Shown here: positions 55,504 to 64,000 of the stretch, piece after piece
Layout: every line of letters starts with the position of its first letter
Position numbering within the stretch: the stretch's first letter is position 1
Assembly: GCA_035252585.1 (NCBI GenBank)
Contig: DATFCX010000010.1
Coordinates: forward strand, 483 to 64,482
Reading direction: 5' to 3'
Length of the DNA: 64,000 nt
Source of the DNA: Gaiellaceae bacterium
GTDB lineage: Bacteria; Actinomycetota; Thermoleophilia; Gaiellales; Gaiellaceae
Notes under the pieces: model-generated
What the model saw: only the letters and a program-made list of their open reading frames with translations
Database searches by the model: none
Told to the model about the DNA's origin: nothing
Position numbers and translations under genes: made by a program

Positions 55504-56444
55504 GCGGCGGCGCGCTCGGCGCGCCGGAGCTCGACGGGCAGCTTGAAGCTCACGTCCTCGTGGACGGGCTCCTGCTCGCACACGTCGGCGCCCCGCGCCG
55601 CGAACCAGGCGCAGACGTCCGCCACGAGCCGCTCCGGCGCGGACGCGCCCGACGTGAGCCCGACCGTCTCGCAGCCGTCGAGCCAGCTCTCGTCGATGCC
55701 ATGCACGTCGTCGACGAGATGCGCCGGCGTTCCGTCGGCGCAGGCGACGTCGACGAGCCGTTGCGAGTTCGACGAGTTGGGCGAGCCGACGACGAGCAGC
55801 AGATCGACCTCGCGCAGCAGCTCCTTCACCGCCCACTGGCGGTTCGAGGTCGCGTAGCAGATGTCCTCACGGGCCGGCCCCTCGATGCGCGGGAAGCGGC
55901 GGCGCAGCACCGCGACGATCTCGCCGGTCTCGTCGACGGAGAGCGTCGTCTGCGTGACGTACGCGAGCGGCCGGTCCGCGGGAAGCGACACTCGCTCGGC
56001 ATCCTCCGCCGACTGGACGAGGACGATCGCCTCCGGCGCCTCGCCGAGCGTTCCCTCGACCTCCTCATGGCCTGCGTGGCCGATGAGGACGATCGCGTAG
56101 CCCGCTTCGGCGTAGCGGCGCGCCTGCGCGTGCACCTTGGTCACCAGCGGGCAGGTGGCGTCGATCGTGGTCAGGCGCAGCTCGTCCGCCTCCCGGCGGA
56201 CGGCGGGAGCGATGCCGTGGGCGGAGAAGACGACTGTGGCTCCCTCCGGCACGTCCGCGAGCGTGTCCACGAAGACCGCGCCGCGCGCCTGCAGGTCCCC
56301 GACGACGTGCGAGTTGTGGACGATCTGCTTGCGGACGTAGACCGGGCGTCCGTAGTGGGCGAGGGCCCGCTCGACCGTCTCGACCGCCCGTTCGACCCCC
56401 GCGCAGTAGCCTCGAGGCGAGGCGAGGAGAAGGCGTTTCACCAC
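55500..56444 (-). CDS. ispH: 4-hydroxy-3-methylbut-2-enyl diphosphate reductase
   Basis: GTG 56444 (VVKRLLLASPRGYCAGVERAV). Three Fe-S Cys motifs: YCAGV, ATCPLVTKVH and ICYATSNRQ. Overlaps the ileS stop by 4 nt (convergent). Confidence 0.9.
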   Translation of the reverse strand: MVKRLLLASPRGYCAGVERAVETVERALAHYGRPVYVRKQIVHNSHVVGDLQARGAVFVDTLADVPEGATVVFSAHGIAPAVRREADELRLTTIDATCPLVTKVHAQARRYAEAGYAIVLIGHAGHEEVEGTLGEAPEAIVLVQSAEDAERVSLPADRPLAYVTQTTLSVDETGEIVAVLRRRFPRIEGPAREDICYATSNRQWAVKELLREVDLLLVVGSPNSSNSQRLVDVACADGTPAHLVDDVHGIDESWLDGCETVGLTSGASAPERLVADVCAWFAARGADVCEQEPVHEDVSFKLPVELRRAERAAA

Positions 56445-56499
56445 GGCCCGGCCACGATAGCCGGGGAGCGTTAGAGCGGCGTGAGGGGAACGGCACGAC

Positions 56500-56694
56500 G
56501 CGATCTTTCCGGCGCTCGACCATGCTCCGTGCGAGTTGCAAAGATGGGCCGGACGGCCCATTGTCCGTATCGCAAACGGGCTCTAGCCTCCCTGCCACTG
56601 GGCGATGCGAACCGCGACGTCTGCGGACGTCTTGCGGGGAGCAATCGGGAGAGCCCGCCGCACCGACCCCCCGAGCGGCGGGCTTTTCCTTTCC
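56500..56694 (+). ncRNA. candidate small RNA or cis-regulatory leader (class unknown)
   Basis: The stretch is non-coding by GC3 in all frames (by eye). Hairpins: ATGGGCC-GGAC-GGCCCAT (56544-56561) and GACGTC-TGCG-GACGTC (56616-56631), then the terminator at 56652-56694. The 5' end is not defined. Confidence 0.3.
56652..56694 (+). terminator. rho-independent terminator upstream of the histidine kinase gene
   Basis: AGCCCGCCGC (56652-56661), 13-nt C-rich loop ACCGACCCCCCGA, GCGGCGGGCT (56675-56684), then TTTCCTTTCC. The stem is a perfect 10 bp. The reverse strand has no U-tract. Confidence 0.7.
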
Positions 56695-56730
56695 CGGGCT
56701 CGGTTTCTGGCCCGGTTGGACGTCTCGCCG

Positions 56731-56736
56731 TACAAT
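56731..56736 (+). promoter_or_regulatory. candidate -10 element (TACAAT) for the histidine kinase gene
   Basis: TACAAT lies 11 nt upstream of GTG 56748, where high GC3 begins. No convincing -35. Speculative. Confidence 0.3.
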
Positions 56737-56747
56737 CTCACCGCCCA

Positions 56748-59700
56748 GTGCGGACCCCAGACGAGCACTCGACCGTTCGCGCGCTCGGCCGCGCCGCGGC
56801 CGCAGTCGTGCTTCTGCGTGCCATTCTCCGCCGCGGCGGCTCGCGCGAGGGCGAGCGGGCCTCGACCGAGCGCGAGTTCGAGAGCATCAGCCGCGTCGCC
56901 GACGAGCTCGCGCGAAGCGGCGACGTCGAAGCCGTCGCGCGGACGCTGCTGGACGAGCTGGCCGAGCTTTTCGACGTCGGCTTTGCGGCACTCACCTTCG
57001 TCTCCGAGGACGCGCGCGAAGCGGCCGGCTATCTCGCGCGGGCGGGCGGCGAGGACCTCGACTGGTGGCGCACCGTGCGCGTCGACCTCGAGCGCGAGCC
57101 GTCGGGGATCGCAAGCGCGGTCTTCGAGGCGCAGGCCTTCACGGTCTACGACACCCAGAGCTCGGGCCTGGTCAGCGCGCGGCTCGCGACCCGCGTCGGA
57201 GCGAAGAGCGCGGCGTTCGTCCCGCTGCTCGTGCAGGAGCGCGTGACCGCGGTGCTCTCGGTCGCCACGCTCGACGAGCCGCGCGTGTTCTCGACCGAGG
57301 ATCTCGCCGTCATGCAGACGCTCGCCTCCGAGGCGGCCGTCGCGCTCGAACGGCTGCGCACCAGCCTTGCCCTCGAGGAGGCGCTCACGCGGGAACGGCT
57401 CCTCGCCTCGATCGCGCGGCAGCTGCGGAGCGAGCTCGATCTGTCGGCGGCGCTCGCCGGCGCGGCGGAGGCCGTCGCCCACGCCCTCGGAGCCTCGCGC
57501 TGCCTCGTCCACATCGGCGACGCTCCCGTCCGCTCCTCCGTCGGTGCGGAGTGGCACGAGCCGCAGCGCGAGCCTTTCGGGGAGAGCACGCCAGAGCTCG
57601 AGCTGCTCGAGCGGGCGGCGGCGGAGCAGCGCGCGGTCGTGGAGACGGCCGACGCGGCGACCGCCGTCGCAGTCCCGGTGCTCGTGTTCGAGCGGCCGTC
57701 GGGCTTCCTCACCGTGCATCGCCCGGCCGCCCGGGCGTGGAGCAAGGGCGATCTCGCGCTGCTCGAGGGCGTCGCCGCGGAGATCGGCCTCTCCCTCCGG
57801 CTCGCGCGGCTGCTGGAGGAGAACGAGGAGCAGCTCGCGCAGCAGGGCGCGCTGCTGCGTGCCGCGCACGTGCTGAGCAGCGAGCTCGACCTCCCGGCCG
57901 TGCTGCAGCGACTGGCCGACCAGCTGGCGCAGCTCCTCGACGCCGACGCCGCGGACTGCTACCTCCTCGACCGCGACCGCGGCCTCTTCCGCTGCGTCGC
58001 GGTGCACGGCTTCGACCGCTCCCTGCTCGGCTTCGAGTTCCCGGCGGGCCAGGGCCTCGCCGGCGCGGCGGTCCGCGAAGGGCGGCCGCTCGTCGAGAGC
58101 GCCTACGGCGAGATCGAGGCGCCGGTTCCCCACCCGGCCTACGACGGCTTCACGGACGTCATCACCGCGCCGATGGTCTGGAGCGACGACGTCGGCGGGG
58201 TGCTCGGCGTCGGCCGGCGCGAAGGCCCGCGCTTCGGCGAACGGGACGCGGACGTCCTCGAAGCGTTCGCGGGTCTCGCGTCGCTCGCTCTGCGCAACGC
58301 CGAGATGTTCACGCAGAGCGCACGGCAGGCCCGGGTCCAGCGCGGCTTCTACCGCATCGCCTCGGTGCTCGGGCAGTCTCTCTCCCGGCCTGCGACGCTC
58401 GAGGCGATCGCCCAGGCGGCGGCGGAAGCGCTCGGCGGCAGCTCCGCTGCCGTGCTCGTGCCCTCGAGTGGGCGGCTGGAGGCCGTCGGGTCGTACGAGC
58501 TGCCGGCCGATCTCGGGCGCATCTTCGAGGAACGGGCTGCCGAGCACCACGGGACGCTCTTCCGGGCGGCCACCGAGGATCGCATCCTCGTCTCCTCCTC
58601 GATCTCGGACGACGAGCGGCTGCTCCCCGACCTGCGGACGGCTGCCGTCGCGAACCGGTACCGCTCGCTCATCTCCGTGCCGGTGGACGCGCCCCGCGGC
58701 GCCGGGCGCGGTCTCGTACTCATCTTCTTCGCGGAGCAGCGGTCCTTCAGCGACGACGATCTCGAGCTCGCGCGCCACCTCGCGGACGCGACTCGTGGGG
58801 CCCTCGAGCGGAGCGAGCTGTTCGAGGCCGAGCGCGGGGCGCGCGCCCTCGCGCAGCAGCTGACGCGCACGGGGCGCCTCCTCACGAGCGAGCTCGACCC
58901 CGCTGCCGTGCTCGACGAGGTCGTCCAGCAGGCGCCGGCGCTCGTCAACGCCGACGCAGGTGCGTTCAGGCTGCTCGACGGGGAGGAGCTCGTCGTGACG
59001 GCGGCCGAGGGGGACGGTGCGGAGGCCGCGCTCGGCTCGCGGAGCCCGGCCGGCAGCTGGCTCTCCGGCGACGTCGTCCAGTCGGGCGCACCGGTGGTGC
59101 ACGCCGACGCGGGCGGGGACGAGCGCCTGCGCGGGCTCGATCCGATGCTCCAGGCGGGCCACGCGGCCTTCCTCGGAGTCCCGGTCGGCGGGCCGGAGGG
59201 AGCAACGATGAGAGTCCTCGCGGTCTACGCCTCGATGCCGCGCGAGTGGCGCGAGGAGGAGATCGAGGCGCTGCTGGCGGTCGCCGCGAGCACGTCGGCC
59301 GCGCTGTCGAACGCCGAGCTCTACCAGCGCGTGGCGCTGGAGCGCGAGCGCTCGGTCGCGATCCTCGCGAACATCGCCGAAGGGATCGTCGCCGTCGACC
59401 GCGACGGCAAGGTCGTCCTCTGGAACAGCGCGGCCGAGGGGATCACGGGCGTCCCCGCCGCGGTCGCGCTCGGCCGGGCGCCCGTCGACGTGCTGCAGCG
59501 GAGCCTCGAGGCGCCCGACGACGGCGCGCGCGGCGACCGGCTCGTTCCGATCATGCGCGGCCGCGAGGAGGTCTGGCTGTCCGTCACCGAGGCCGTCATG
59601 CGCGATCCGCTCGGCGCAGTCGCGGGCCGAATCTTCGCCTTCCGCGACATCTCGGGGGACCGGCTCGTCGAGCAGGTCAAGTCCGACTTCGTGAGCACCG

Positions 59701-60392
59701 TCTCGCACGAGCTCCGCACGCCGCTCACCTCGATCTACGGCTTCGCCGAGACGCTCCTCCGGCAGGACGTCATGTTCGGCGAGGAGGAGCGGCAGACGTT
59801 CCTCCGCTACATCGCCTCCGAGTCGCAGCGTCTCACGTCGATCGTCGACACGCTGCTCAACGTCGCCCGTCTCGACACCGGCGACCTTCAGGTCAACCTC
59901 GCCGAGACCGACGTGCGCGACGTCGTCGGCCAGGTGCTGGACACGGTCTCCGCGGCCGACGTCAACGGGCACGAGTTCGTCGTCGAGCTGCCGGACGAGC
60001 CGCTGGCGGCGACGGCCGATCCCGAGAAGCTGCGCCAGGTGTGCTCGATCCTCGTCGAGAACGCCATCCGCTACTCGCCGGAAGGAGGGACCGTGACCGT
60101 CGGCGCCTCCAGGCGGCGGGACACGGTCGAGGTCAGCGTCGCCGACGAGGGGATCGGCATCCCGCAGGCCGACCAGGAGCAGATCTTCCGCAAGTTCTAC
60201 CGCGGCTCAGACGCCGAGCTGCGGGCCGGCGCCGGCGGCACCGGCCTCGGGCTCTTCATCGCCCGCGGGCTCGTCACGGCCATGGGCGGACGCATCTGGG
60301 TCTCGTCGCAGGAGGGCGAGGGCTCGCGCTTCGCATTTGAGCTTCCGGCCGCAGTTGCCGATTCAGTGAGCGGAGGCCAGCAGCGAGTATGA
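56748..60392 (+). CDS. sensor histidine kinase with about five tandem GAF domains, a PAS domain, HisKA and HATPase_c
   Basis: Reiterated GAF-like blocks of about 160-170 aa run from REFESISRVADELARSGD... onward. PAS: ILANIAEGIVAVDRDGKVVLWNSAAEGITG. H-box FVSTVSHELRTPLTSI (about 59700). N box ENAIRYSP. G boxes DEGIGI and GTGLGLFIARG. Start is GTG 56748 or 56808; the track start 56481 lies in non-coding sequence. Confidence 0.85.
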   Translation: MRTPDEHSTVRALGRAAAAVVLLRAILRRGGSREGERASTEREFESISRVADELARSGDVEAVARTLLDELAELFDVGFAALTFVSEDAREAAGYLARAGGEDLDWWRTVRVDLEREPSGIASAVFEAQAFTVYDTQSSGLVSARLATRVGAKSAAFVPLLVQERVTAVLSVATLDEPRVFSTEDLAVMQTLASEAAVALERLRTSLALEEALTRERLLASIARQLRSELDLSAALAGAAEAVAHALGASRCLVHIGDAPVRSSVGAEWHEPQREPFGESTPELELLERAAAEQRAVVETADAATAVAVPVLVFERPSGFLTVHRPAARAWSKGDLALLEGVAAEIGLSLRLARLLEENEEQLAQQGALLRAAHVLSSELDLPAVLQRLADQLAQLLDADAADCYLLDRDRGLFRCVAVHGFDRSLLGFEFPAGQGLAGAAVREGRPLVESAYGEIEAPVPHPAYDGFTDVITAPMVWSDDVGGVLGVGRREGPRFGERDADVLEAFAGLASLALRNAEMFTQSARQARVQRGFYRIASVLGQSLSRPATLEAIAQAAAEALGGSSAAVLVPSSGRLEAVGSYELPADLGRIFEERAAEHHGTLFRAATEDRILVSSSISDDERLLPDLRTAAVANRYRSLISVPVDAPRGAGRGLVLIFFAEQRSFSDDDLELARHLADATRGALERSELFEAERGARALAQQLTRTGRLLTSELDPAAVLDEVVQQAPALVNADAGAFRLLDGEELVVTAAEGDGAEAALGSRSPAGSWLSGDVVQSGAPVVHADAGGDERLRGLDPMLQAGHAAFLGVPVGGPEGATMRVLAVYASMPREWREEEIEALLAVAASTSAALSNAELYQRVALERERSVAILANIAEGIVAVDRDGKVVLWNSAAEGITGVPAAVALGRAPVDVLQRSLEAPDDGARGDRLVPIMRGREEVWLSVTEAVMRDPLGAVAGRIFAFRDISGDRLVEQVKSDFVSTVSHELRTPLTSIYGFAETLLRQDVMFGEEERQTFLRYIASESQRLTSIVDTLLNVARLDTGDLQVNLAETDVRDVVGQVLDTVSAADVNGHEFVVELPDEPLAATADPEKLRQVCSILVENAIRYSPEGGTVTVGASRRRDTVEVSVADEGIGIPQADQEQIFRKFYRGSDAELRAGAGGTGLGLFIARGLVTAMGGRIWVSSQEGEGSRFAFELPAAVADSVSGGQQRV

Positions 60393-60874
60393 GTGGCGAC
60401 ATGGATGGGTATACGCGGCCGGTGCCGGACAGGGGCCAGGTGCAGGTGCTCGTGATCGACGACGAGGCGCCGATTCGGCTGCTCTGCCGGGTCAATCTCG
60501 AGGCCGAGGGGCTCGAGGTGCTCGAGGCGGCGGACGGCACGACCGGGCTCGATCTCGCGCGGGCGGAACAGCCCGACGTCGTGCTCCTCGACGTGATGAT
60601 GCCCGGCCTCGACGGCTGGCGGGTGGCCGAGGAGCTGCTCGAGGACGACCGCACGCGCGGCATCCCGATCATCTTCCTCACGGCGCGCGCCGAGTTCCGC
60701 GACCGCGCCCGCGGCCTCGACATCGGAGGCGTCGACTACGTGACCAAGCCGTTCAACCCGCTCGAGCTCGCCCCGCTCGTGCGCGAGCTGCTCGTCCGCA
60801 TCGACCGCGGCGAGCGCGACGAGCTCCGTGGCGAGAAGCTCGCCGAGCTCCGCGCGCTCATCGAGTCGGAGTAG
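60389..60874 (+). CDS. single-domain response regulator (REC) with a short helical C-terminal extension
   Basis: VLVIDDE, phospho-acceptor LLDVMMPGLDG, FLTA and KPF motifs. No output domain. The ATG overlaps the kinase stop (ATGA). Confidence 0.85.
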   Translation: MSGDMDGYTRPVPDRGQVQVLVIDDEAPIRLLCRVNLEAEGLEVLEAADGTTGLDLARAEQPDVVLLDVMMPGLDGWRVAEELLEDDRTRGIPIIFLTARAEFRDRARGLDIGGVDYVTKPFNPLELAPLVRELLVRIDRGERDELRGEKLAELRALIESE

Positions 60875-62156
60875 CGCTCTTCGAATCGCGCGCGAGCCGC
60901 TCCTCGACCGCCTCGCGGACGATCGTGGGGAAGTCGTAGCGGACGGATAGCTCCCAGTCGTCCTCGACGAGGCGTCCGTAGCGCCCGAGCTCGTAGTCGG
61001 TGGCTGCGACGACGTAGATCCGCTCCGGATGGAGGTTGCCCGTCTCGCCGGCGACGTGGAGCGGGCCGCGCGGCCTGCCGCGCAGCGGGTTGTCGGTCGT
61101 CTGCTGGAACTGCGCGTCGTTGCCGCGCTCGATCATGTGGGCAAGCTGTGCTCCGGTGAGCTCGACGACCGCGGGGTTCGCGGTGGAGTGGCAGACCTCC
61201 CAGAGGTCTCGGCGGCGCAGCGGCCCTGGAGGGAGCGGCTCGTCGAGGACGACCGCCGACGTTGCGAGACCGACCTCTGCGCCCATCCGCTCGCGGAGCA
61301 TCCCCGCGATCCACTGCGCGTCGAGCGGTTCGTCGAGGTCGGCGAGAACCTCGTCGAGCGAGGCGTCGAGGTCGGCTTCGGCCGCCGCGACCTCGGCCAG
61401 CACCGCCGGATGCCGGGGCACGTCCTCGCCGACCTGGATCGTCGAGACGCGGATCTCGCCGTCGATCACGTCGATCCTGCCGAGATGCTCGGCGTAGCAT
61501 CCGGCCTGGGTGATCGTCACCGAGCCGACGCGGTCTCCCTCGGGCAGCAGATGGTGGGTGTGGGCGCCCACGATCACGTCGACTTCGCCCTGCACCTGCT
61601 CGGCGAGCTCCGGATCGAGGGCAGAGGCATAGCTCTCGTCGGTCGCGTAGCCGAGGTGGGAGAGGCAGACGACGAGCTCCGCCCCTTGCGACCGCAGCTC
61701 GCGAGCCCAACGCCGCACCGTTTCCACCTCGTCGGCGACGTCGATGCTGTACACCCCGGCGTCGAGGAAGCTTTGGAAGGGATCCGTGACGCCGACGAAG
61801 CCGACGCCGTCGATCAGCGCGGTGGGCTGGACTCCGTCGACCGGCGAGAGGTTCGCGAGCAGCAGCGGGTAGCTCGCGGCACGAGCCTGGTCGGCGATGA
61901 CCTGCGGGCCGTAGCGCAGCCAGGCGGCGTTCCCGACGGTGGCCACCTCACAGCCGGCGGCGGAGAGCAGCCGGTGCATCGCGACGCCCTTCGTCAGGTT
62001 CGAGAGCCGCGTCGTCGTCTCCTCGACGTCGCCGGCGTCCACGTAGATCACGCGGTGCGGCGTCTCGTCGCGGATCCGCTCGACGAGCGTCGCGACGCGC
62101 GCGAGCCCCTCGACACGCCCGTGGATGTCGTTCGTGTGGAGGATGGTGACCCGCAT
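60858..62156 (-). CDS. bifunctional metallophosphatase/5'-nucleotidase family protein
   Basis: ATG 62156 within track ORF 60858-62657. ILHTNDIHGR, DAGD, GNAAW (variant of GNHEF), LSHLG and GAHTHH metallophosphoesterase motifs, plus a C-terminal 5'-nucleotidase domain. Confidence 0.8.
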   Translation of the reverse strand: MRVTILHTNDIHGRVEGLARVATLVERIRDETPHRVIYVDAGDVEETTTRLSNLTKGVAMHRLLSAAGCEVATVGNAAWLRYGPQVIADQARAASYPLLLANLSPVDGVQPTALIDGVGFVGVTDPFQSFLDAGVYSIDVADEVETVRRWARELRSQGAELVVCLSHLGYATDESYASALDPELAEQVQGEVDVIVGAHTHHLLPEGDRVGSVTITQAGCYAEHLGRIDVIDGEIRVSTIQVGEDVPRHPAVLAEVAAAEADLDASLDEVLADLDEPLDAQWIAGMLRERMGAEVGLATSAVVLDEPLPPGPLRRRDLWEVCHSTANPAVVELTGAQLAHMIERGNDAQFQQTTDNPLRGRPRGPLHVAGETGNLHPERIYVVAATDYELGRYGRLVEDDWELSVRYDFPTIVREAVEERLARDSKSATPTR

Positions 62157-62203
62157 CCGGCCCTGACGATACGCAAAGCCCCGGGCCTTAGACTGAGGCT
62201 CCT

Positions 62204-62278
62204 CGGGGCGTAGCTCAGCCTGGTCAGAGCGCCCGGTTTGGGGCCGGGAGGCCGGCAGTTCGAATCTGCCCGCCCCGA
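62204..62278 (+). tRNA. tRNA-Pro (anticodon UGG)
   Basis: Cloverleaf read by hand. Acceptor CGGGGCG/CGCCCCG, D arm GCTC-AGCCTGGTCA-GAGC, anticodon arm CCCGG-TTTGGGG-CCGGG (UGG at 34-36), variable AGGCC, T arm GGCAG-TTCGAAT-CTGCC, discriminator A. CCA is not encoded. Confidence 0.9.
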
Positions 62279-62316
62279 TACCGCAACCCGATCGCGTCCT
62301 GTGTCGTTGCCCCGAC

Positions 62317-63375
62317 ATGCCCGCACGGGACCAGCAGCGCGGCGCGACGCAGGTGGAGGAGACCCGGCGCCCGCAACCCGACGAAGCGCCGCTCGACGAC
62401 GGGCGCGCAGACGGAGCTCCGATGCCGCAGCCGGAGCGCGACGAGCCGCGGCTCGTCGATCCGGGCCTCGGCGACCTCTCCTTCCGCGACTGGCGGGCGA
62501 TCCTCGTCCGTGCCGTCAAGGAGTTCCTCGACGACAACGGGACGATGCTCGCGTCGGCGCTCGCGTACTCGACCTTCTTCGCGATCCCGTCGGTCCTGCT
62601 CGTCGTGGTCGGCGTCTTCTCGCTCCTGGTGGGGCCGGACACGATCACGTCCCTCATGGCGCACTTCTCGAAGGTGATGCCGGGTCAGGCCGCGAACCTG
62701 CTCGGCGGAAGCCTCAAGCGCCTGAACCAGAATCCGTCGACCGGCGTCGTGATGACGATCGTCGGCTTCGTGCTCGCGCTCTGGGCGACGACCGGCGCGA
62801 TGACGACGTACATGACGGCGCTCAACCTCGCCTACGAGCGCAAGGACGGGCGCTCGTTCGTCCGCAAGCGCATCGTCGCCGCCCAACTCGTCGCGGTGAT
62901 CGGAATCGCGTTCCTGCTCGTGGCGATCCTGCTCATCTTCGGACCGCCGATCGAGCGGTTCGTCGCCTCGCACGCCGGCCCGCTCTCCGGTGCGATCGGC
63001 TGGATCTGGTGGATCGCGACGTGGCCGATCCTCGTCGCCGGCCTCCTGGCGGCGTTCGCGACGCTGCTCTATCGCGGTCCGGACGTCGAGCACCCGCACT
63101 GGCGCTTCATCACGCCCGGCTCGGTCTTCGCGGCCGTCGTCTGGCTCGGCGCCTCGGGCGCCTTCGCGTTCTACACCTCGAGCTTCGGCTCGTACAACAA
63201 GACGTGGGGATCGCTCGCCGCGGTGATCATCATGCTCACGTGGCTCTGGCTCGCCGGGATCGCGCTGCTCCTCGGCGCCGAGATCAACGCCGAGGCCGAG
63301 CGGAGCCGGGAGCTGCGGGAAGGCCGGCCGGCCGAGCGCGCGCTGCTGGTGCCGTCGCGGTCCGGCTCGCGCTGA
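62317..63375 (+). CDS. YihY/BrkB family membrane protein (copy 2, with an about 60-aa hydrophilic N-terminal extension)
   Basis: GTMLASALAYSTFFAIPSVLLVVVG, TTYMTALNLAYE, and the C-terminal GAEINAE pattern. Confidence 0.8.
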   Translation: MPARDQQRGATQVEETRRPQPDEAPLDDGRADGAPMPQPERDEPRLVDPGLGDLSFRDWRAILVRAVKEFLDDNGTMLASALAYSTFFAIPSVLLVVVGVFSLLVGPDTITSLMAHFSKVMPGQAANLLGGSLKRLNQNPSTGVVMTIVGFVLALWATTGAMTTYMTALNLAYERKDGRSFVRKRIVAAQLVAVIGIAFLLVAILLIFGPPIERFVASHAGPLSGAIGWIWWIATWPILVAGLLAAFATLLYRGPDVEHPHWRFITPGSVFAAVVWLGASGAFAFYTSSFGSYNKTWGSLAAVIIMLTWLWLAGIALLLGAEINAEAERSRELREGRPAERALLVPSRSGSR

Positions 63376-64000
63376 ACGCGCCGCTTGCCTGCTCGTCGGC
63401 GAGGAAGCGCAGCAGGTAGCCGGCGAACGCTCCGAAGAAGACGAGCGCCTCCTCTGCGGCCATCGTCACACCTGCGATCTGCTGGTCGCCGAGCGGGCTC
63501 GGTCCCCACGTCCGCGGCGCGTGGACGTAGAACGGATAGATCGCGCGCGGGATCAGCGCCAGCAGCAGGCCGAGCGGGGACGCGAGCACGAAGGCGGCGA
63601 AGAGGTAGGCGGCCTTCGCGCCGGCGGAGGCTCTCCCGTGCACCACCGGCCACCAGACGCAGATGCCGGCGGCGAGATACGTCAGGTGCTCGACGTGGAG
63701 GAGCGAGTGCGGGTGGCGAAGCGCGGCGTCGTAGATCCAGGGGAGATGCCACGTGTAGTACGCGAGCAGCCAGAGCGGCAGCGCGACGAACGGCCGGAAG
63801 AGCGGGAACCCCGAGGCGCGCTCCGCGAGGCGCGGCGGGATCGCGAGCACCAGCAGCACGGGCGCCCACTCCGCGAGGACGACGTTCTGGAGCAGGTGCG
63901 CCCAGAGAAAGGTGTGGTTCGCGAGCGGCTCGAGCTGCGTGACGAAGGCGGCGAACACGAGGCCCACGCCGACCGCGCCCGCGGCGAGGCGCAGGCGGGA
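63284..64000 (-). CDS. cytochrome c oxidase assembly factor CtaG-like membrane protein (N-terminus probably beyond the window)
   Basis: The frame is open to the window edge. HLLQNVVLAEWAPVLLVLAIP, WHLPWIYDAAL and HSLLHVEHLTYL resemble caa3-type CtaG. The 3' tail overlaps the convergent YihY gene by 92 nt, so the true stop/tail is uncertain. Confidence 0.55.
   Translation of the reverse strand, partial: SRLRLAAGAVGVGLVFAAFVTQLEPLANHTFLWAHLLQNVVLAEWAPVLLVLAIPPRLAERASGFPLFRPFVALPLWLLAYYTWHLPWIYDAALRHPHSLLHVEHLTYLAAGICVWWPVVHGRASAGAKAAYLFAAFVLASPLGLLLALIPRAIYPFYVHAPRTWGPSPLGDQQIAGVTMAAEEALVFFGAFAGYLLRFLADEQASGAFSASRTATAPAARARPAGLPAAPGSARPRR

Noticed and set aside
56585-56665. Resemblance to riboswitch motifs: cobalamin (CCCTGCCACTGG, and GGGAGAGCCCGCC, which is like the B12 box) and c-di-AMP/ydaO (GAGGGGAAC, GCGGGGAGCAATC).
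   Set aside because: The matches are short. For cobalamin, the obligatory GGGAA...GGUG..AAUCC core upstream is missing. I cannot reproduce either consensus secondary structure by eye. This is left as an unclassified structured RNA pending an Rfam scan.
56652-56694. 6C RNA (actinobacterial sRNA with C-rich loops), suggested by the CCCCCC run in the terminator loop.
   Set aside because: As I recall, 6C RNA has two hairpins, each with a loop of six or more cytosines. Only one C-rich loop is present here.
62204-62316. tRNA-Pro as an integration hotspot for a genomic island.
   Set aside because: There is no integrase, no direct repeat of the tRNA 3' end, and no compositional break that I can see downstream. 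Flanking genes (5'-nucleotidase, YihY) look like ordinary chromosomal genes.
63284-63375. The 92-nt convergent overlap between the YihY copy 2 and the CtaG-like gene as a possible antisense regulatory arrangement.
   Set aside because: The overlapping tail of the CtaG-like ORF is low-complexity (Ala/Pro/Arg-rich). It may simply be read-through of a non-coding region in a stop-poor frame. There is insufficient evidence for anything functional.

Overview
This is a 64-kb stretch of a very GC-rich chromosome; by eye, third codon positions are almost all G/C. The gene content looks actinobacterial. A Thermoleophilia/Rubrobacteria-type guess is inference only, because no database search was possible. 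All family names come from motifs I recognised by eye.

The window is mostly tightly packed core housekeeping: murI-rph-(mgtC-like)-rdgB, pyrE/hup/pyrF, guaB-guaA, rplM-rpsI, glmM-glmS, acpS-nnr, alr, fabI, ackA/xfp, trxA, ileS, ispH and one tRNA-Pro(UGG). Interspersed are regulators (TetR, MarR, ArsR), transporters (MMPL, DMT, YhhQ, TehA-like, two YihY copies) and signalling proteins: a zinc-ribbon + class III cyclase + STAND ATPase + TPR giant, and a multi-GAF/PAS histidine kinase with a REC-only partner. I saw no rRNA, CRISPR array, transposase or integrase. Many very long ORFs in the track are antisense or out-of-frame shadows typical of high-GC DNA.

Items worth a second look:
1. An AhpE-type 1-Cys peroxiredoxin has an in-frame TGA exactly at the peroxidatic Cys position, followed by a SECIS-like hairpin. 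It is either a candidate selenoprotein or a pseudogene.
2. A tightly coupled operon of BNR-repeat propeller, MoaD/ThiS-like GG protein and TehA-like channel lies behind an ArsR-SRPBCC pair. Its function is unknown.
3. A cNMP-binding gene is continuous in frame with an acidic leader peptide across a single TAG.
4. A roughly 250-nt structured non-coding region ends in a strong intrinsic terminator upstream of the multi-GAF kinase.
5. Membrane proteins are built from a repeated LPW module.
6. Several small sequence oddities: a 17-nt tandem duplication at the rpsI start, a coding-like frame without a start codon, and operator palindromes.
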